The notes below the pieces were generated by a model. That model was not told where the DNA came from, made no database searches, and saw nothing but the letters and a program-made list of their open reading frames with translations. Of a stretch of 64,000 bases of DNA, positions 1 through 12,545 are shown piece after piece (within the stretch, counting starts at the first letter, position 1; each line of letters begins with the position of its first letter). Position numbers and translations under genes: made by a program. The stretch is from contig NC_043008.1 of assembly GCF_006345805.1 (NCBI RefSeq), positions 19,468,001 through 19,532,000 on the forward strand, read 5' to 3'. This stretch comes from Octopus sinensis (lineage: Eukaryota).

Positions 1-331
1 TATCTGTCTGTCCGTCTGTATGTCTGTTTATCTGTTTGTAAGTCTGTCTCTATCTGTCCTGTCTGTCTCTTTGTATCACATTCGAAACGTAGAGTAGATG
101 AAACCATGGCGACTGAAGAAGGGTTTTTTTCCTTGTGTTATTTGTCCTGTACTCTATTTTTTTGTTGTTTAAGAAAAATGTCCAGTTCCTTGGGTTTGTG
201 TCTATGTTTTCGTTTCTCATTGTGTTCGACGTTTTTTTGGTGTCCTGTACTCATATATGCGTGTATATATACATGTAGAGGTAGGTACGTACATATATGT
301 ATATATATATATGCATATGTTTTATTTATTA

Positions 332-371
<40 letters not shown>

Positions 372-396
372 GTGTGTGTGTGTGTGTGTATGTGTA

Positions 397-666
397 GAGG
401 CGCAATGGCCGAATGGTTAGGGTAGCAGACTCGCGGTTGTAGGATCGCGGCTTCGATTCCCAGACCGGGCGTTGTGAGTGTTTATTGAGCAGGGGTGGGG
501 GAGATCCTTGCTGTACTCATTCGCCACAACTTTCTCTCACTCTTTCTTCTGTTGGCCTTCCCGCTTAGCCAGCGGGGTGGCGTCATATGAAGGCTAAAAC
601 AATGCGAAGCGCATTGTGACCAGCGATGTGTAGCAACATCTGATAGCCTGGTCGGTCACGGTGATA
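397..666 (+). mobile_element. tRNA-derived SINE (family D here)
   Basis: Head gaggcgcaatggccgaatggttaggg...gcttcgattcc has A/B-box-like motifs. The same head occurs on the minus strand at 44255-44402 and the same tail (gcgaagcgcattgtg...cggtcacggtgata) on the minus strand at 16950-17050. Confidence 0.85.
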
Positions 667-1178
667 CGTGTGTATATATGCTTAAAGAAGAATGAGTCCG
701 ACAAAATAATTTTTTTGTCCGTAGGTGCACTTTTGATGAAACATTAATTCTTCACTTTTTAAGTTCTTTATTCTCAGTCAACTCACCATGTTCTTACGAA
801 CTGATAATTCCAAGACTTGCAAATATAGATATTTGGAGGAATATGTAGTTATCCCTTAGTCACGAATTTTCCTTTCTTCGGCTTAACTTGGGGTGAATTT
901 TCTTGTCGAAGGCTCCAGTTATGAGTGAAATAGCAAATGAATAGTCTTTTTGCTAAGTCTATCAGAACCTACGGAAATGTTGTGCTATAGATACGTACCA
1001 CAGGTTCACAAAAGTGTGTGTATATGCCCAGATGATTTGCGAACCAGCCCCTCCGCCCAAATGTGAGAAAGGTCTTGAATTTCAAGGGTAAGTTCAGAAG
1101 AGCACAAGACTAACAGAATTGATAGATCGCTAGCCACTACACATTCTTTATTTTCTCTCCTTGTTTCTTTCTGTGTTC

Positions 1179-1214
1179 CTTTCTGTGGAAAAGCATAGGC
1201 TCGAAACGTTAAAG
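1179..1214 (+). ncRNA. Degenerate minimal type-I hammerhead-like motif (CUGUGGA core)
   Basis: cttt-CTGTGGA-a-aagc(atag)gctc-GAAA-cg-tt-aaag gives stem I cttt/aaag and palindromic stem III ACGT. A6 is replaced by U and the first stem II pair is mismatched. Confidence 0.4.
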
Positions 1215-1450
1215 ACTTCTTCACTTCTCAGGCATTAAACTAATACATCTGTTTGTTGTCGACACCACCTGTCTTCGTCTTTTTTTTTTTTGTGAATTCT
1301 CCCCTCAAAATAGATAAATATGCAGAAGCCAAAAGAAAATTTTAGTTGTATTTTTTCCGAGAAAAAGAAAAATATCCCCCCAAAATGCTCGAAACTTCAG
1401 ACTTTGATGTGATAATCTTTGATCCCCGACATCTGTAGACATGGTACATG

Positions 1451-1482
<32 letters not shown>

Positions 1483-1927
1483 GTGTGATGAAATGGAAAA
1501 AGACTGTCGCTTTTACGGGGTGGGGAACAGGCATTGAGAGAGATGAAAAATGAGAGAAAGGGGATGAGGGAGAAAGAGAGAGAGGGAGAAGGAGAGAGAG
1601 AGTGACTAAATAACGGTGGAGCTTCAATTGATGTTTTTTTTTCAGTCACAGCATATTTGGTAATATTGGTTTCAAACTTGGCTAGCAATCTCGGAGAAGT
1701 GGGTAAGTTGATTACTTCAACTCCAGTGCTTAAATGGTCCCTTTTTTTTTTAATCGAACCCAAAAGAATGAAGCGCAAAGTCGTCACTGGCAGTATTTAA
1801 ACTCAGAACATAAAGTGGGAAGAAATGTTGCTGAGCACTTTGTCTGATCCGATAACGATTGTGCCTCGTGAGTGGATTTGGTAGACGGAAACTGAAAAGA
1901 AGCCCGTCGTATATATATACTCTTTAG

Positions 1928-2338
1928 TCTTTTACTCTTTTACTTGTTTCAGTCATTTGACTGTGGCCATGCTGGAGCACCGCCTTTAGTGCCGAGAAAA
2001 ATCGCCCCCAGGACTTATTCTTTGTAAGCATAGTACTTATTCTATCGGCCTCTTTTGTCGAACCGCTAGGTTACGGGGACGTATACACACCAGCATCGGT
2101 TGTCAAGCGATGTTAGCGGGACAAACACAGACACACAAACACACACACACACACACATATATAAATATACATATATACGATGGGCGTCTTTCAGTTTCCG
2201 TCTACCAAATCCACACACAAGGATTTGGTCGGCTCGAGGCTATAGTAGAAGACACTTGCCCAAGGTGCCACGCAGTGGGACTGAACCCGGAACCGTGTGG
2301 TTCGTTAGCAAGCTACTTCCCGCACAGCCACTCCAACG

Positions 2339-2340
<2 letters not shown>
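1928..2340 (-). mobile_element. tRNA-derived SINE family A, near full length with internal (CA/TA)n
   Basis: Reverse complement matches the copies at 18150 and 49455 (head ggagtggctgtg..., core gactaaaggcggtgctccagcatggcc, tail gactgaaacaagtaaaagag). Confidence 0.9.
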
Positions 2341-2400
<60 letters not shown>

Positions 2401-2644
2401 CGCGCGCTGGTGTGTGTGTGTCTTTTGCTTGTCCCCCTCCACCGCTTGGCAACCGGTGTTGGTGTGTTTATGTCCCTATAACTTTGCCGTTCAGCAAAAG
2501 AGTATACCGGAATAAGTACTAGCCGTTGAAAAGTAGGTGGGGTCGTTTTTTCGACTAAGTCCCTTCAAAGTAGTGCCCCAGCATGGTCGCAGTCTAATGA
2601 CTGAAGCAAGTAAATGATAGAGAATAAAAGGTATATATTAATTT

Positions 2645-2875
2645 CTGTCCATCCATCATCCATCCATCCATCTCTCCCTCCCTCCATCCATCCATCCAAT
2701 CACCCCTCCATACTTCCCTCCATCCATCCCTCCCTCCCTCCATCCCTCTATCCCTCCATCCCTCCATCCATCCCTCCATCCCTCTATCCCTCCATCCATT
2801 CATCTCTCTGTCTCCCGCTCTCGCTCTCTCTATCTAATCCATCTATCCATTCATCCATCTATTTATCTGTCGATC
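2645..2875. repeat. (TCCA/TCCC)n microsatellite
   Basis: Direct reading of the sequence. Confidence 0.9.
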
Positions 2876-3167
2876 GATCTAATTGTGTATTTGTGTGTGA
2901 GAGAGCGGGAAGGAGAGAGAGAGAGACGAGAGAGAGAGAGAAAGACGAAGGGAGAGATAGATAGATAGAAAGAGAGGGGAGAGAGAGAGGAGAGGGAGAG
3001 AGATAATGTTAGCATTGCAGACATCACTTAGTAATTTGTTGCTGAAAAATACGATCGTCTGCACTATTCATTTCACAAAATTATTCTTTTGACGTCGAAA
3101 TGATGGCATATAATGACCCTGTCTAACACGAAATCTGTCAAGGTCAGCTATTTGATCTATTGATTAA

Positions 3168-3570
3168 TTGAATGTATGAATTTCTTCGTTGGAAACATGA
3201 TGGTAAAATCTGATGTTCTTGATGCTCCTTAAGGCTCTGCTTTCGAAACCGTCGGTTCTGTTTGCCAGGTTTTTCGTCAGAGACCACGATTCTCCTCCAT
3301 TGCAAAGAACGAAAAGGGCCGATGCGTTGTAGATGCGAGGCTTTGTATTTATGGTGATATAAGAGGTTGTGCCAAAAGGGCTTTCACAGGGAATACATGA
3401 CCCCGGCAGCCAGGTCACATCTGTAGTTAATTTACGGGGTCAGTTCTCCATTGTTGGTGACTGTGGAGCCCAGATAGATGAAGGAGCTGACAAACTCCAT
3501 AACGTCGGGGTCAACATGGAGTATCGGAAGGTCTGGGTCATCACCGACATCAATCTGCTTGTGTATATTT
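3168..3570 (-). mobile_element. RTE-clade LINE fragment, RT C-terminal region
   Basis: Translates to ..FVSSFIYLGSTVTNNG.. then ..KPRIYNASALFVLCNGGESWSLTKNLANRTDGFESRALRSIKNIRFYHHVSNEE, matching the RTE FxYLGS / LxYGxETW / VSNEE pattern. Stops and frameshifts are present. Confidence 0.85.
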
Positions 3571-3622
3571 GAGAGAGCGGAAAGGAGAGAGAGAGAGACG
3601 AAGGAGAGAGAGAGAGAGAGTT

Positions 3623-3661
<39 letters not shown>

Positions 3662-3744
3662 GAGAGAATATCATTGCAGACATCACTTGAAGGTCAAGCT
3701 TTGCTAATTCCTCTCGGTACATGGTCAGTGGCTCCCTGAATTGG

Positions 3745-4095
3745 TCGATCCAGTTGGTCAATCATGTTTCTAACGAAGAGCTGCGTGAGCGCTCGCATCA
3801 TCCCGCAGCCTCCAACCCACATCTATCCACTGCATGCGCTGGTCTGGACATATCCTCCGCTCCCGCCAGATTATCCTACCAGAGCCTTACTCTCGTTCGA
3901 TTCAGCTGCTATTGTTAGGAAGAGGTCCTGTGACAGGACCCGCGCCAGATGGATGAATGCGACTAAGGAAGCTCGCCAGAGGGTCGACGTCATCTTGAAG
4001 AATGCTGAGGGGCTGGCACAGGAACAGCCAGCGATGGATAGCACTGGTGGGCTTGGTCGGCTTTATGCACGATGATGCCACTCCCACTGAGCAGG
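3745..4095 (+). mobile_element. RTE-clade LINE 3-prime ORF end
   Basis: NHVSNEELRER..(R)WSGHILR..PDYPTRALLSFD..RKRSCDRTRARWM.., typical of the RTE C-terminus; frameshifted. Confidence 0.8.
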
Positions 4096-4579
4096 TGTAT
4101 GTGACGAGACAAGACGAGTTTATAGGTATTGTGATCTTGGTACGTGATAGATAGATGATGCCCTTCACTAAAATTAATTTTAGACTTGCTAATTACTGAG
4201 ATTATTAATGGGAAGATTGGCTGAGAGTTAATTTTTACTGATTCTTTTAAGGCTTCTACGTGCCATTATTCTATATGTTTTTACACACACACACACGTAA
4301 GAGTATTTATTCTCTGCAACCTAGGATCCTTCAGGAGCAAAACAAGATTGTTGCTGTTGTATACGTCATAGGAGAATAATTTTTACTCAGCTCATCGGCA
4401 CAAGATATTTTGGGAAGTCGGAACGTCTTGTTGTATTTTGTCAGCCAGAAACAGCCGGAACTCTGAGCCTAAACAAAACCGCCAGCTTTGTTTATACTTT
4501 CCGCGAACAAAGTCTACTGATCACTGTTTATATCTGCCAACCGATAAAAACTCGTTATTTGTACCATGCAAAGCGAGAT

Positions 4580-4903
4580 CTTAAAGACTCCGCCGGTTAC
4601 GACGACGAGTGTCCCAACTGATACGATCAACGGAACAGCTTGCTCGTGAAATTAACGTGCAAATGGGCTGAGCATTCCACAGACACGTGTACCCTTAACG
4701 TAGTTCTCGGGGATAATCAGCGTGACACGAGAGTGACAAGGCTGACCCTTTGAAATACAAGTACAACTCATTTTGCCAGCTGAGTGGACTGGAGCAACGT
4801 GAAATAAGTGTCTTGCTCAAGGACACAACGCGTCGCGGGAATCGAACTCACAACCTTACGATCATGAGCCGAATGCCCTAACCACTAAGCCACGCGCCCT
4901 CAC
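4580..4903 (-). mobile_element. tRNA-derived SINE family C, intact, with 12-bp TSD
   Basis: Flanked by gcaaagcgagat at 4568-4579 and 4904-4915. Minus-strand head gagggcgcgtggcttagtggttaggg..gagttcgattcc. Confidence 0.92.
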
Positions 4904-5027
4904 GCAAAGCGAGATATGGAACAATTATTCGCATGTTTATTCTTAACACGAATTGACACCTTCCGAAGCAAGATACGCCGGTTGCTGTGGTGTATATCAT
5001 ACGAGAATAACTTCTCCCTTTTACATA

Positions 5028-5240
5028 CTCTTTTTACTCTTTTTAATTGTTTCAGTCATTTGACTGGGGCCATGCTGGAGCACCGCCTTTAGTCGAGCAA
5101 ATCGACCCCGGGACTTATTCTTTTTGTAAGCCCAGTACTTATTCTATCGGTCTCTTTTTGCCGAACCGCTAAGTGACGGGGACGTAAACACATCAGCATC
5201 GGTTGTCAAGCAATGCTAGGGGGACACAGACACAGACACA
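5028..5240 (-). mobile_element. SINE family A 3-prime half
   Basis: Matches the family A tail and runs into (CA)n/(TA)n and the gap. Confidence 0.85.
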
Positions 5241-5244
5241 CACC

Positions 5245-5281
<37 letters not shown>

Positions 5282-5351
5282 ACACACACACACACACACA
5301 CACCACACACCAATATATATAATATATATATATTATATATATTATATATAT

Positions 5352-5451
5352 NNNNNNNNNNNNNNNNNNNNNNNNNNNNNNNNNNNNNNNNNNNNNNNNN
5401 NNNNNNNNNNNNNNNNNNNNNNNNNNNNNNNNNNNNNNNNNNNNNNNNNNN
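5352..5451. other. Assembly gap (100 N)
   Basis: Run of N. Confidence 1.
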
Positions 5452-5523
5452 CATGTGTGTGTGGTGTGTAATTATATTCATCTATTACGTATATATTCAC
5501 TTTAATGACTATTACACATATCT

Positions 5524-5554
<31 letters not shown>

Positions 5555-5555
<1 letters not shown>

Positions 5556-5877
5556 TAAAGACTCCGCCGGTTACGACGACGAGGTCCCAGATGATACGAT
5601 CAACGGAACAGCTTGCTCGTGAAATTAACGTGCAAAGGCTGAGCATTCCACAGACACGTGTACCCTTACGTAGTTCTCGGGATAATCAGCGTGACACAGA
5701 GAGTGACAAAGGCTGACCCTTTGAAATACAAGTACAACTCATTTTTGCCAGCTGAGTGGACTGGAGCAACGTGAAATAAAGTGTCTTGCTCAAGGACACA
5801 ACGCGTCGCCGGAATCGAACTCACAACCTTACGATCATGAGCCGAATGCCCTAACCACTAGCCCAGGCGCGCTCCTC
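5555..5877 (-). mobile_element. SINE family C second copy
   Basis: Near-identical to 4580-4903, differing mainly by 1-nt indels; inserted in (TA)n. Confidence 0.9.
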
Positions 5878-6202
5878 ATATATATATATATATATATATA
5901 TCCATACATATGTATTTGATGTATATGTAATTACGTAATACATGAACATGATCATACACACACAATCACACATATTAGCATATTCTCATATTTCTTTATC
6001 CGTTTATTTTTTTCTCATTTATTGGATTTTGACCATGCAGGGGCAGTGTCGGAAATGGGTTATGCGATCAAACAGACCTTAGTCGTTAGTTTACGACAGT
6101 TTCTTATTCCATCTGTAGAACCGCTAAAATGCGTAGATCTTAAAAGTACCAACACCTAGTGTCAAACGGCGTGAGTCAAACACGAAGTTACACACATATA
6201 TA

Positions 6203-6592
6203 GATGCTAACCAACCACATGGTTCCGGGTTCAGTCCCACTGCGTGGCATCTTGGGCAGGTGTTTTCTACTATAGCCCCGGGCCGACCAATGCCTTGTGA
6301 GTGGATTTGGTAGACGGAAACTGAAAGAAGCCTGTCGTATATATGTATATATATATATGTATGTGTGTGTATGTGTTTGTGTGTCTGTGTTTGTCCCCCT
6401 AGCATGCTTGACAACCGATGCTGGTGTGTTTACGGTCCCCGCATCACTTAGAGGTTCGGCAAAGAGACCGATAGAATAAGTACTGGGCTTAGAAATGAAT
6501 AAGTCCCGAGTCGATTTGCTCGACTAAAGGCGGTGCTCCAGCTCATGGCCGCAGTCAAATGACTGAAACAAGTAAAAGAGTAAAAGAGTAAA
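6203..6592 (+). mobile_element. SINE family A, 5-prime truncated
   Basis: Runs from ccaaccacatggttccgggttcagtccc.. to ..gactgaaacaagtaaaagagtaaaagag. Confidence 0.88.
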
Positions 6593-6906
6593 GAGTATAC
6601 ACATATATATAGATACACACATATATAGATATATATATATAGATACACACATATATAGATACAGACATACATTTACACATATGCACACAAATATACGCAC
6701 ATATACATATACATACACACACACTTTATACACCCACGCTCTAGGGTCACAAATGGAGATGAACCTATCTTATTATCGCCTGAGGGAAAGCCCCCACCCC
6801 CTTCCGGAAGAGATTAGAGATTACAAGCTCGAAATGTCGTACCAAATCTATGAGCTATGTCTCATCGATACCATGACTCGGTGTGCTTATTAAAGCACAG
6901 GAATGG

Positions 6907-7118
6907 GGTGAGCTGGCTGAATCTTTAGCACGCTGGGAAAAATGCTTAATGTCTTTTCGTCCGTTTTTTTTACGCTCTGAGTTCAAATCCCGCAGGGGTC
7001 GATTGTGCCTTTCATTCTTTGGGGGCCATGTAATAAATAGCAGTGAAACACTAGGGCCAATGTCATCGAAGAACCCCCTCAACCAAATTTCAGGCCTTGT
7101 GCCTATATTAGAAAGGAT
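6907..7118 (+). mobile_element. tRNA-derived SINE family B, diverged
   Basis: ggtgagctggctgaatctttagcacgctgggaaaaatgctta..gagttcaaatcccgc matches the 12315 copy. Confidence 0.75.
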
Positions 7119-7145
7119 TATTATTGAATTATTATTATTATTATG

Positions 7146-7693
7146 TGAGAGCAGTGCATGCCATCAAAGTGAAACTAGGGTAAAAATATACGAAGCCCAG
7201 TATACCCATCATGACTACCCGTCTGATAAGGGTACAGCAGGCACATGCATCACAACCATATGTATGTGACATGGTGATCTCATATCAAGATAAACAGCTC
7301 ATGACCTTGCAGGTGGGGCCCAGTTAGAATTTTCTTCTGGTCGAGTAACCCATCCCGCTCAAAAGGTCCCTGAATAAGGGTTGTTTAAGGATGTTGAGCG
7401 AAACACCCATGTTTCCAGAGGTGAATTATTCAAACCTCAAAGAATCCCTCTCAACACATGGCTATGATGCTCCCCCACTACTTCTGCTCCTGATCAGAGA
7501 TGCACATATCGTCAGCCCCAAGGGACATGCTCAACTGGTTAAGGTCAAACAAGTGACAAGCAATCTGGGGTATTGAAGGCGAATTTTTTGCTTAGCCCAT
7601 CTTTTATACCAAGACAAAACAAGTACATGATAACACTTCCATCAGTTAAGATCAGAAGCCATGAGAGCCACTGCCTGGTACTGCTCATGGGCA

Positions 7694-7790
<97 letters not shown>
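7146..7790 (+). mobile_element. Unclassified retroposon-like 3-prime end with long (TAT)n tail
   Basis: About 550 bp of GC-richer non-coding sequence between two SINEs, ending in (tta)n. The family was not established from this window. Confidence 0.4.
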
Positions 7791-7792
<2 letters not shown>

Positions 7793-8010
7793 GGCGGTGA
7801 GCTGGCGGATTAATTAGTACGCTCGGACAAAATGCTTAGTGGCATTTCGTCAGTTTTTTTACGTTCTGAGTTCAAATCCCGCAGAGGTTGGCTTTGCCTT
7901 TCAACTTTTTGTGGTCGATGAAATGAGTACCAGCTGAACACTAGGGTTTATTACATTGACATAAACCCTCCCTAGAAATTGTTGGTCTCGTGCTAAAATT
8001 TGAAACCATT
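7791..8010 (+). mobile_element. SINE family B, diverged
   Basis: aggcggtgagctggcgga..aaatgcttagtggcatttcgtc..gagttcaaatcccgc. Confidence 0.78.
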
Positions 8011-8071
8011 AGTAAAACATAAACATATGCAAGTAGTACTTTATGCTATCTTAATGTGGATAACCCTAAAG

Positions 8072-8355
8072 CAGTCGTTCCCAAACTTTGTCAGGCTGAG
8101 CACCCTTAGTTCTAGGGCCACATTTCTAGTGCGCCCCACCACCACCACACACTATCACAGATATTGACTATTTTCTGCAACAAATTCAAAACAAGAGTAT
8201 TCCACGAATAAGACTTAATCTAATTAGCCCTTTATTTTTTTCTACAAAAATTATACCGTTTTGGTCAACCTATTATCGCGCCATGATTCTTCAACGCCCC
8301 CTGGATCCTTCCACCATCCCCAAGTTGGCGATATCGCTCACTTTCGGAACCAGTA
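8072..8355. mobile_element. hAT (Charlie-like) MITE
   Basis: Termini cagtcgttcccaaac.. and ..ttcggaaccagta are imperfect TIRs. 8-bp flanks ccctaaag (8064-8071) and ctctaaag (8356-8363) match 7/8. Confidence 0.65.
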
Positions 8356-9356
8356 CTCTAAAGGAATTCCTTTTAAATGGCGGTGCCGCTGTATGACCAC
8401 AGCCTCTGTCTGAAACCAATTAAATACAATATAACCCACCTTCAGATATACATGCGCATAAATTATCTCTCTCACTCTCTCTCTCCCTCTCTCTCTCTCT
8501 CGCTCTTATCAGCTTTTTTGTACGATTTTGTTTACCTATTTTACCAGTCTGTTTAGTATCTAGCACGTGTAAGCAGTGACGAAATGCGGCATCTTATTTA
8601 CAAAAGCAAAATATAAACAAACAAAGATAATAAAAAGATTAAAAACAACAAAAATGCATAAACAGTAAGGATAACAACACAAAAAAAACAAACAATCAAC
8701 GTTAATTTGAAATTTGGTCATATGGAGGCTTTTAATTGAAATCTTCAGTTAAACGGATCAAAGGTTATTATGTTGTTGACTAAGAACTAGTTGTAGATAA
8801 CGAGAGAGAGATACATTGTTCGTGTGAATATAAACACACATGTTCACCAAATACAGCAGAGTTACACATACACACAAAAAAAGGAACAACCCCGTATGAG
8901 AAACAATTAAACTAGTAAGCAAGCGATCATACTAACAAAATGATGTCACACATGTTTGACACAGGATTTTGGCAATAGTAAGGATAGCCTTAATTACGGC
9001 GTTTGCATTTTTTCACGGCATTCATTGCCCTATGTGCTGAATATATATTGAAAATATAATTTTTCAAGTGTTCAGTTTGTTGTAGATAGGTGTTAAATTG
9101 AGGCACATCTAAATCATTGCTTACTTGCCATTCTTGCCATTAAATAACAGTCTTACATTTTTTAGAGCGGCTTTGTAATGGACTGGATTTAATATCCAGC
9201 ACTTGACTGATTGTCATTATATTATACATGAAAGGAAGACGAAACTACAGAACCTAATGTCCACTCTTAAAAGGTGACGTTTCTGTTAGAGCAAAATTCT
9301 GCAATTAGTGCGTTATAATTAACAAGAGAGACTGTTTCACAGACACACAGACACAC

Positions 9357-9436
<80 letters not shown>

Positions 9437-9810
9437 CACACACACACACACAAAGGCACTCTCACACTCATATATATATACATAAATTAATGAATCTTAG
9501 GGTAGCAAAAGAAATTTTAGAAAAAAATTCTTTGCCGCCAGTGGTCTAGCGAGAAGGAAAAATTAGTCAATAGACTATATATTATTCATAGAAAAGAGAT
9601 GACCATAATAGGACATCTGACTCACTAGAAAGAGCAGTTAAACTCCAAACCACTAATAGTTGTAATTCTGAAATGCAAAGAGAAATAAAAATGTTTTTAT
9701 TTTTCATTCCCTTTCAGAATTACAACCATATATATATATACATATACATTACATTATATATTAATATATTTATAATATAATATATATAATATATTATATA
9801 TATAACTATA

Positions 9811-9849
<39 letters not shown>

Positions 9850-9901
9850 CATACATACATATACTATATATATATATATTATATATATATATATAATATA
9901 T

Positions 9902-9943
<42 letters not shown>

Positions 9944-10109
9944 GGTGATATAGTACATTTTAAAGGCTGAGATGGTGAGGCACTTCTTAATAGCAAACTC
10001 AACCCTCGAAATACAATTGAAAGAAACAAATGTATTTTAAGGATAAATGTAATCTCGTAACCTCATACAATACAAAATTATCAGCACGATAACTTCCCTC
10101 GCTCCATTC

Positions 10110-10312
10110 CTCCCTCCATCCCTACCTGCCTCTCTGCCTACCTCCCTACTTACCTACCTACTTACTTACCAACCTACCTACCTACCTACCTACTTACCTA
10201 CCTACCTACCTACCTACCTGCCTACCTACTTACTCACCTACCTGCCTAGAAACTTACCTACCAACTTACCTACCTACTTACCTACCTGTCTACCTACCTA
10301 TTAACCTACCCA
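10110..10312. repeat. (CCTA)n microsatellite
   Basis: Direct reading of the sequence. Confidence 0.9.
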
Positions 10313-10504
10313 GGTGGCAATACATCAAAGTGTCTTCGTATTCTGTTATAGTTCTATACACATCTTGAATGCATTATACGAATACAGAGCTACCCCAGCA
10401 TTTTATACGTACTTTAGTCATCGTCCTCGGGAAGGTTAAAAAGCGATGTTGAACGAGATAGAATTTGAATGCGAAACACAACGAGCAGTATCTAGATCAT
10501 TTCT

Positions 10505-10697
10505 ACTTAAGGCACAGGGCCCGAAATGTTGTGGGAGGGTACTAGTCGATTGCATCGACTCTAGTACGCAACTGGTACTTAATTTATCGACCCCGAAAGG
10601 ATGAAAGCTGAAGTGAACCTCGGCGGAATTTGAACTCAGAACGCAGCGACGGGCGAAATACCACTAAGCATTTCATCCAGCGCTAAAACGATTCTAA
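10505..10697 (-). mobile_element. SINE family B, diverged
   Basis: actggtacttaatttatcgaccccgaaaggatgaaag..ggcggaatttgaactcagaacg is the reverse complement of the family B core. Confidence 0.8.
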
Positions 10698-11374
10698 ATA
10701 ATAACCACCATTTGTTCAACCCTCGAACGATTCTGGAAACATCTTATGAACGGATCTTGTGACGAGGAGACACTTAAGATATTTAGTGTACAATGCAGAA
10801 GTCGAATGGATGAAATCTCAGCGTCTATCCGTGTCTGGGAGGAAATGTTCTTTCTTCTATTCGACAATAGTTGTGATATTAAAAACTTCCTTCTATCATA
10901 TACAATGCTGGTGAAAACAATTGATACTTCTCGTGACTCTCTTAAACATTTTTGAAATCAAATCTGAACAGACGAAATTAGACACTACTAAGAATTTCAT
11001 ACCTAACCTACATTGTCTAGCTTTCCCTTGTTTAACAACAATAATTTATACAATGTTACAATGATATATTTCTATCGGTTCAAACAAACATTCCACTTTT
11101 GCTACTACCAGCACTATTAATGAGATTACTATTAATATTCATATTAAAGCGGCGGGATGACAATATCGTAAGCGCGCCATGCAATATGCTTAAATTCGGC
11201 CGAGGTCGACCTCGCCCTTCATCATCCTTTTGGCGCCGATAAAATAAGTATTAGTTGAACAATGGCGTCCATGGAATCGACTTACGCCCTCCCCCGAAAA
11301 AGTTGGTTTGTACCACAAATTGACCTCCTTCTTCTATGATGATAATTAATGAATGTGAGGTTCCAAAACTTGAT

Positions 11375-11550
11375 AGGCAGCCAAGTAATTTCGGTTTCAG
11401 TTCCACTGCGCGGCACCTTGGGCAAGTGTCTTCTACTATAGCCCTAAGACGACCAGTGGTGTGTCTGTGAATTTGGTGGAGGACAAACACAGATACACAA
11501 ACATATACACACACACAACACACACACACACACATACACACAGACACATA

Positions 11551-11617
<67 letters not shown>

Positions 11618-11795
11618 ATATATATATATATATATATACGACGGGCTTTTTTTCAGTTACCGTCTACCAAATCCACTCACAAGGTTTAGGTCGGCCCGAG
11701 AAGACACTTGCACAAGTTGCCACGCAGTGGGACTGAACCCGCAACCATGTGGTTCGTAAGAAAGCTACTTACGACACATCCACTCCTACGCCTAT
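11375..11795. mobile_element. Two oppositely oriented SINE family A heads around (CA)n
   Basis: Plus-strand head fragment at 11375-11480 and minus-strand head at 11635-11795. Confidence 0.75.
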
Positions 11796-12314
11796 ACAAC
11801 AATAACATTTATGCTACGCATCTCATCTAGTACTGTATGGTTTAGGAGCTCGCTAGATTCGAATTCAGTTCCAGTGTGTGGCACCTTGGGTTTTATAACG
11901 TAGCCAAGATCGACCAACGACGTTTGGTAGACGGAAACAGCGTGGAAACTCGTCGTTTATGTGTGCGCGTATGTACATGTGTGTATGTGTGGTACGTGCG
12001 TGTGTGTGCGTGTGTGTGCAAGTGTGTGCGTGTGTGTGTGTTTGTGTGTTTGTATGAGAGCCTTTCTACCTGTGTTTGTCACCCACCACTGCTTGCGAAC
12101 CGGTGCTGCTTTGTTTATGTATGTGATTCAAAACTTAGCTGATCGACAATGAAATGGATAGAATAAGAACCGGAACTAAAAAAAAACACCACACAAAGCA
12201 TAAGTATTGTGAGGAATTTGCTCGACTAGATCCTTTCAAGGGGGTGTCCAAGCACGGTCGCAAGCCAATGGCTGAAACAAGTAAAAGATTAAAGATATAT
12301 GATATACGCTCATA

Positions 12315-12545
12315 AGGCGGCGAGCTGGCAGAAACGTTAGCACGCCGGGCGAAATGCGTTGCCGTATTTCGTCTGCCGTTACGTTCTGAGTTCAAATCCC
12401 GCCGAGGTCGACTTTGCGTTTCATCCTTTCGGGGTCGATAAATTAAGTACCAGTTACACACTGGGGTCGATATAATCGACTTAATCCGTTTGTCTGTCCT
12501 TGTTTGTCCTCTGTGTGTTTAGTCCCTTGTGGGTAGTAAAGAAAT
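12315..12545 (+). mobile_element. SINE family B, intact, with 22-bp TSD
   Basis: agatatatgatatacgctcata occurs at 12293-12314 and 12546-12567. Head aggcggcgagctggcagaaacgttagc, B-box gagttcaaatcc. Confidence 0.93.

Noticed and set aside
83-135. GAAACGTA followed by CTGAAGA (permuted hammerhead order)
   Set aside because: No consistent stem I or stem II could be formed with the sequence present.
787-840. Minus-strand AACATG|gtgagt as a first exon ending in a start codon
   Set aside because: It rests on one donor signal only, and any downstream exons would lie near or beyond the window edge.
4580-5877. Near-identical family C copies either side of the gap as a gap-overlap artefact
   Set aside because: Flanks differ and the first copy has its own TSD, so these are better read as two young insertions.
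6805-6845. cggaaga...ctcgaaatgtc motif
   Set aside because: Core and both stems have multiple mismatches.
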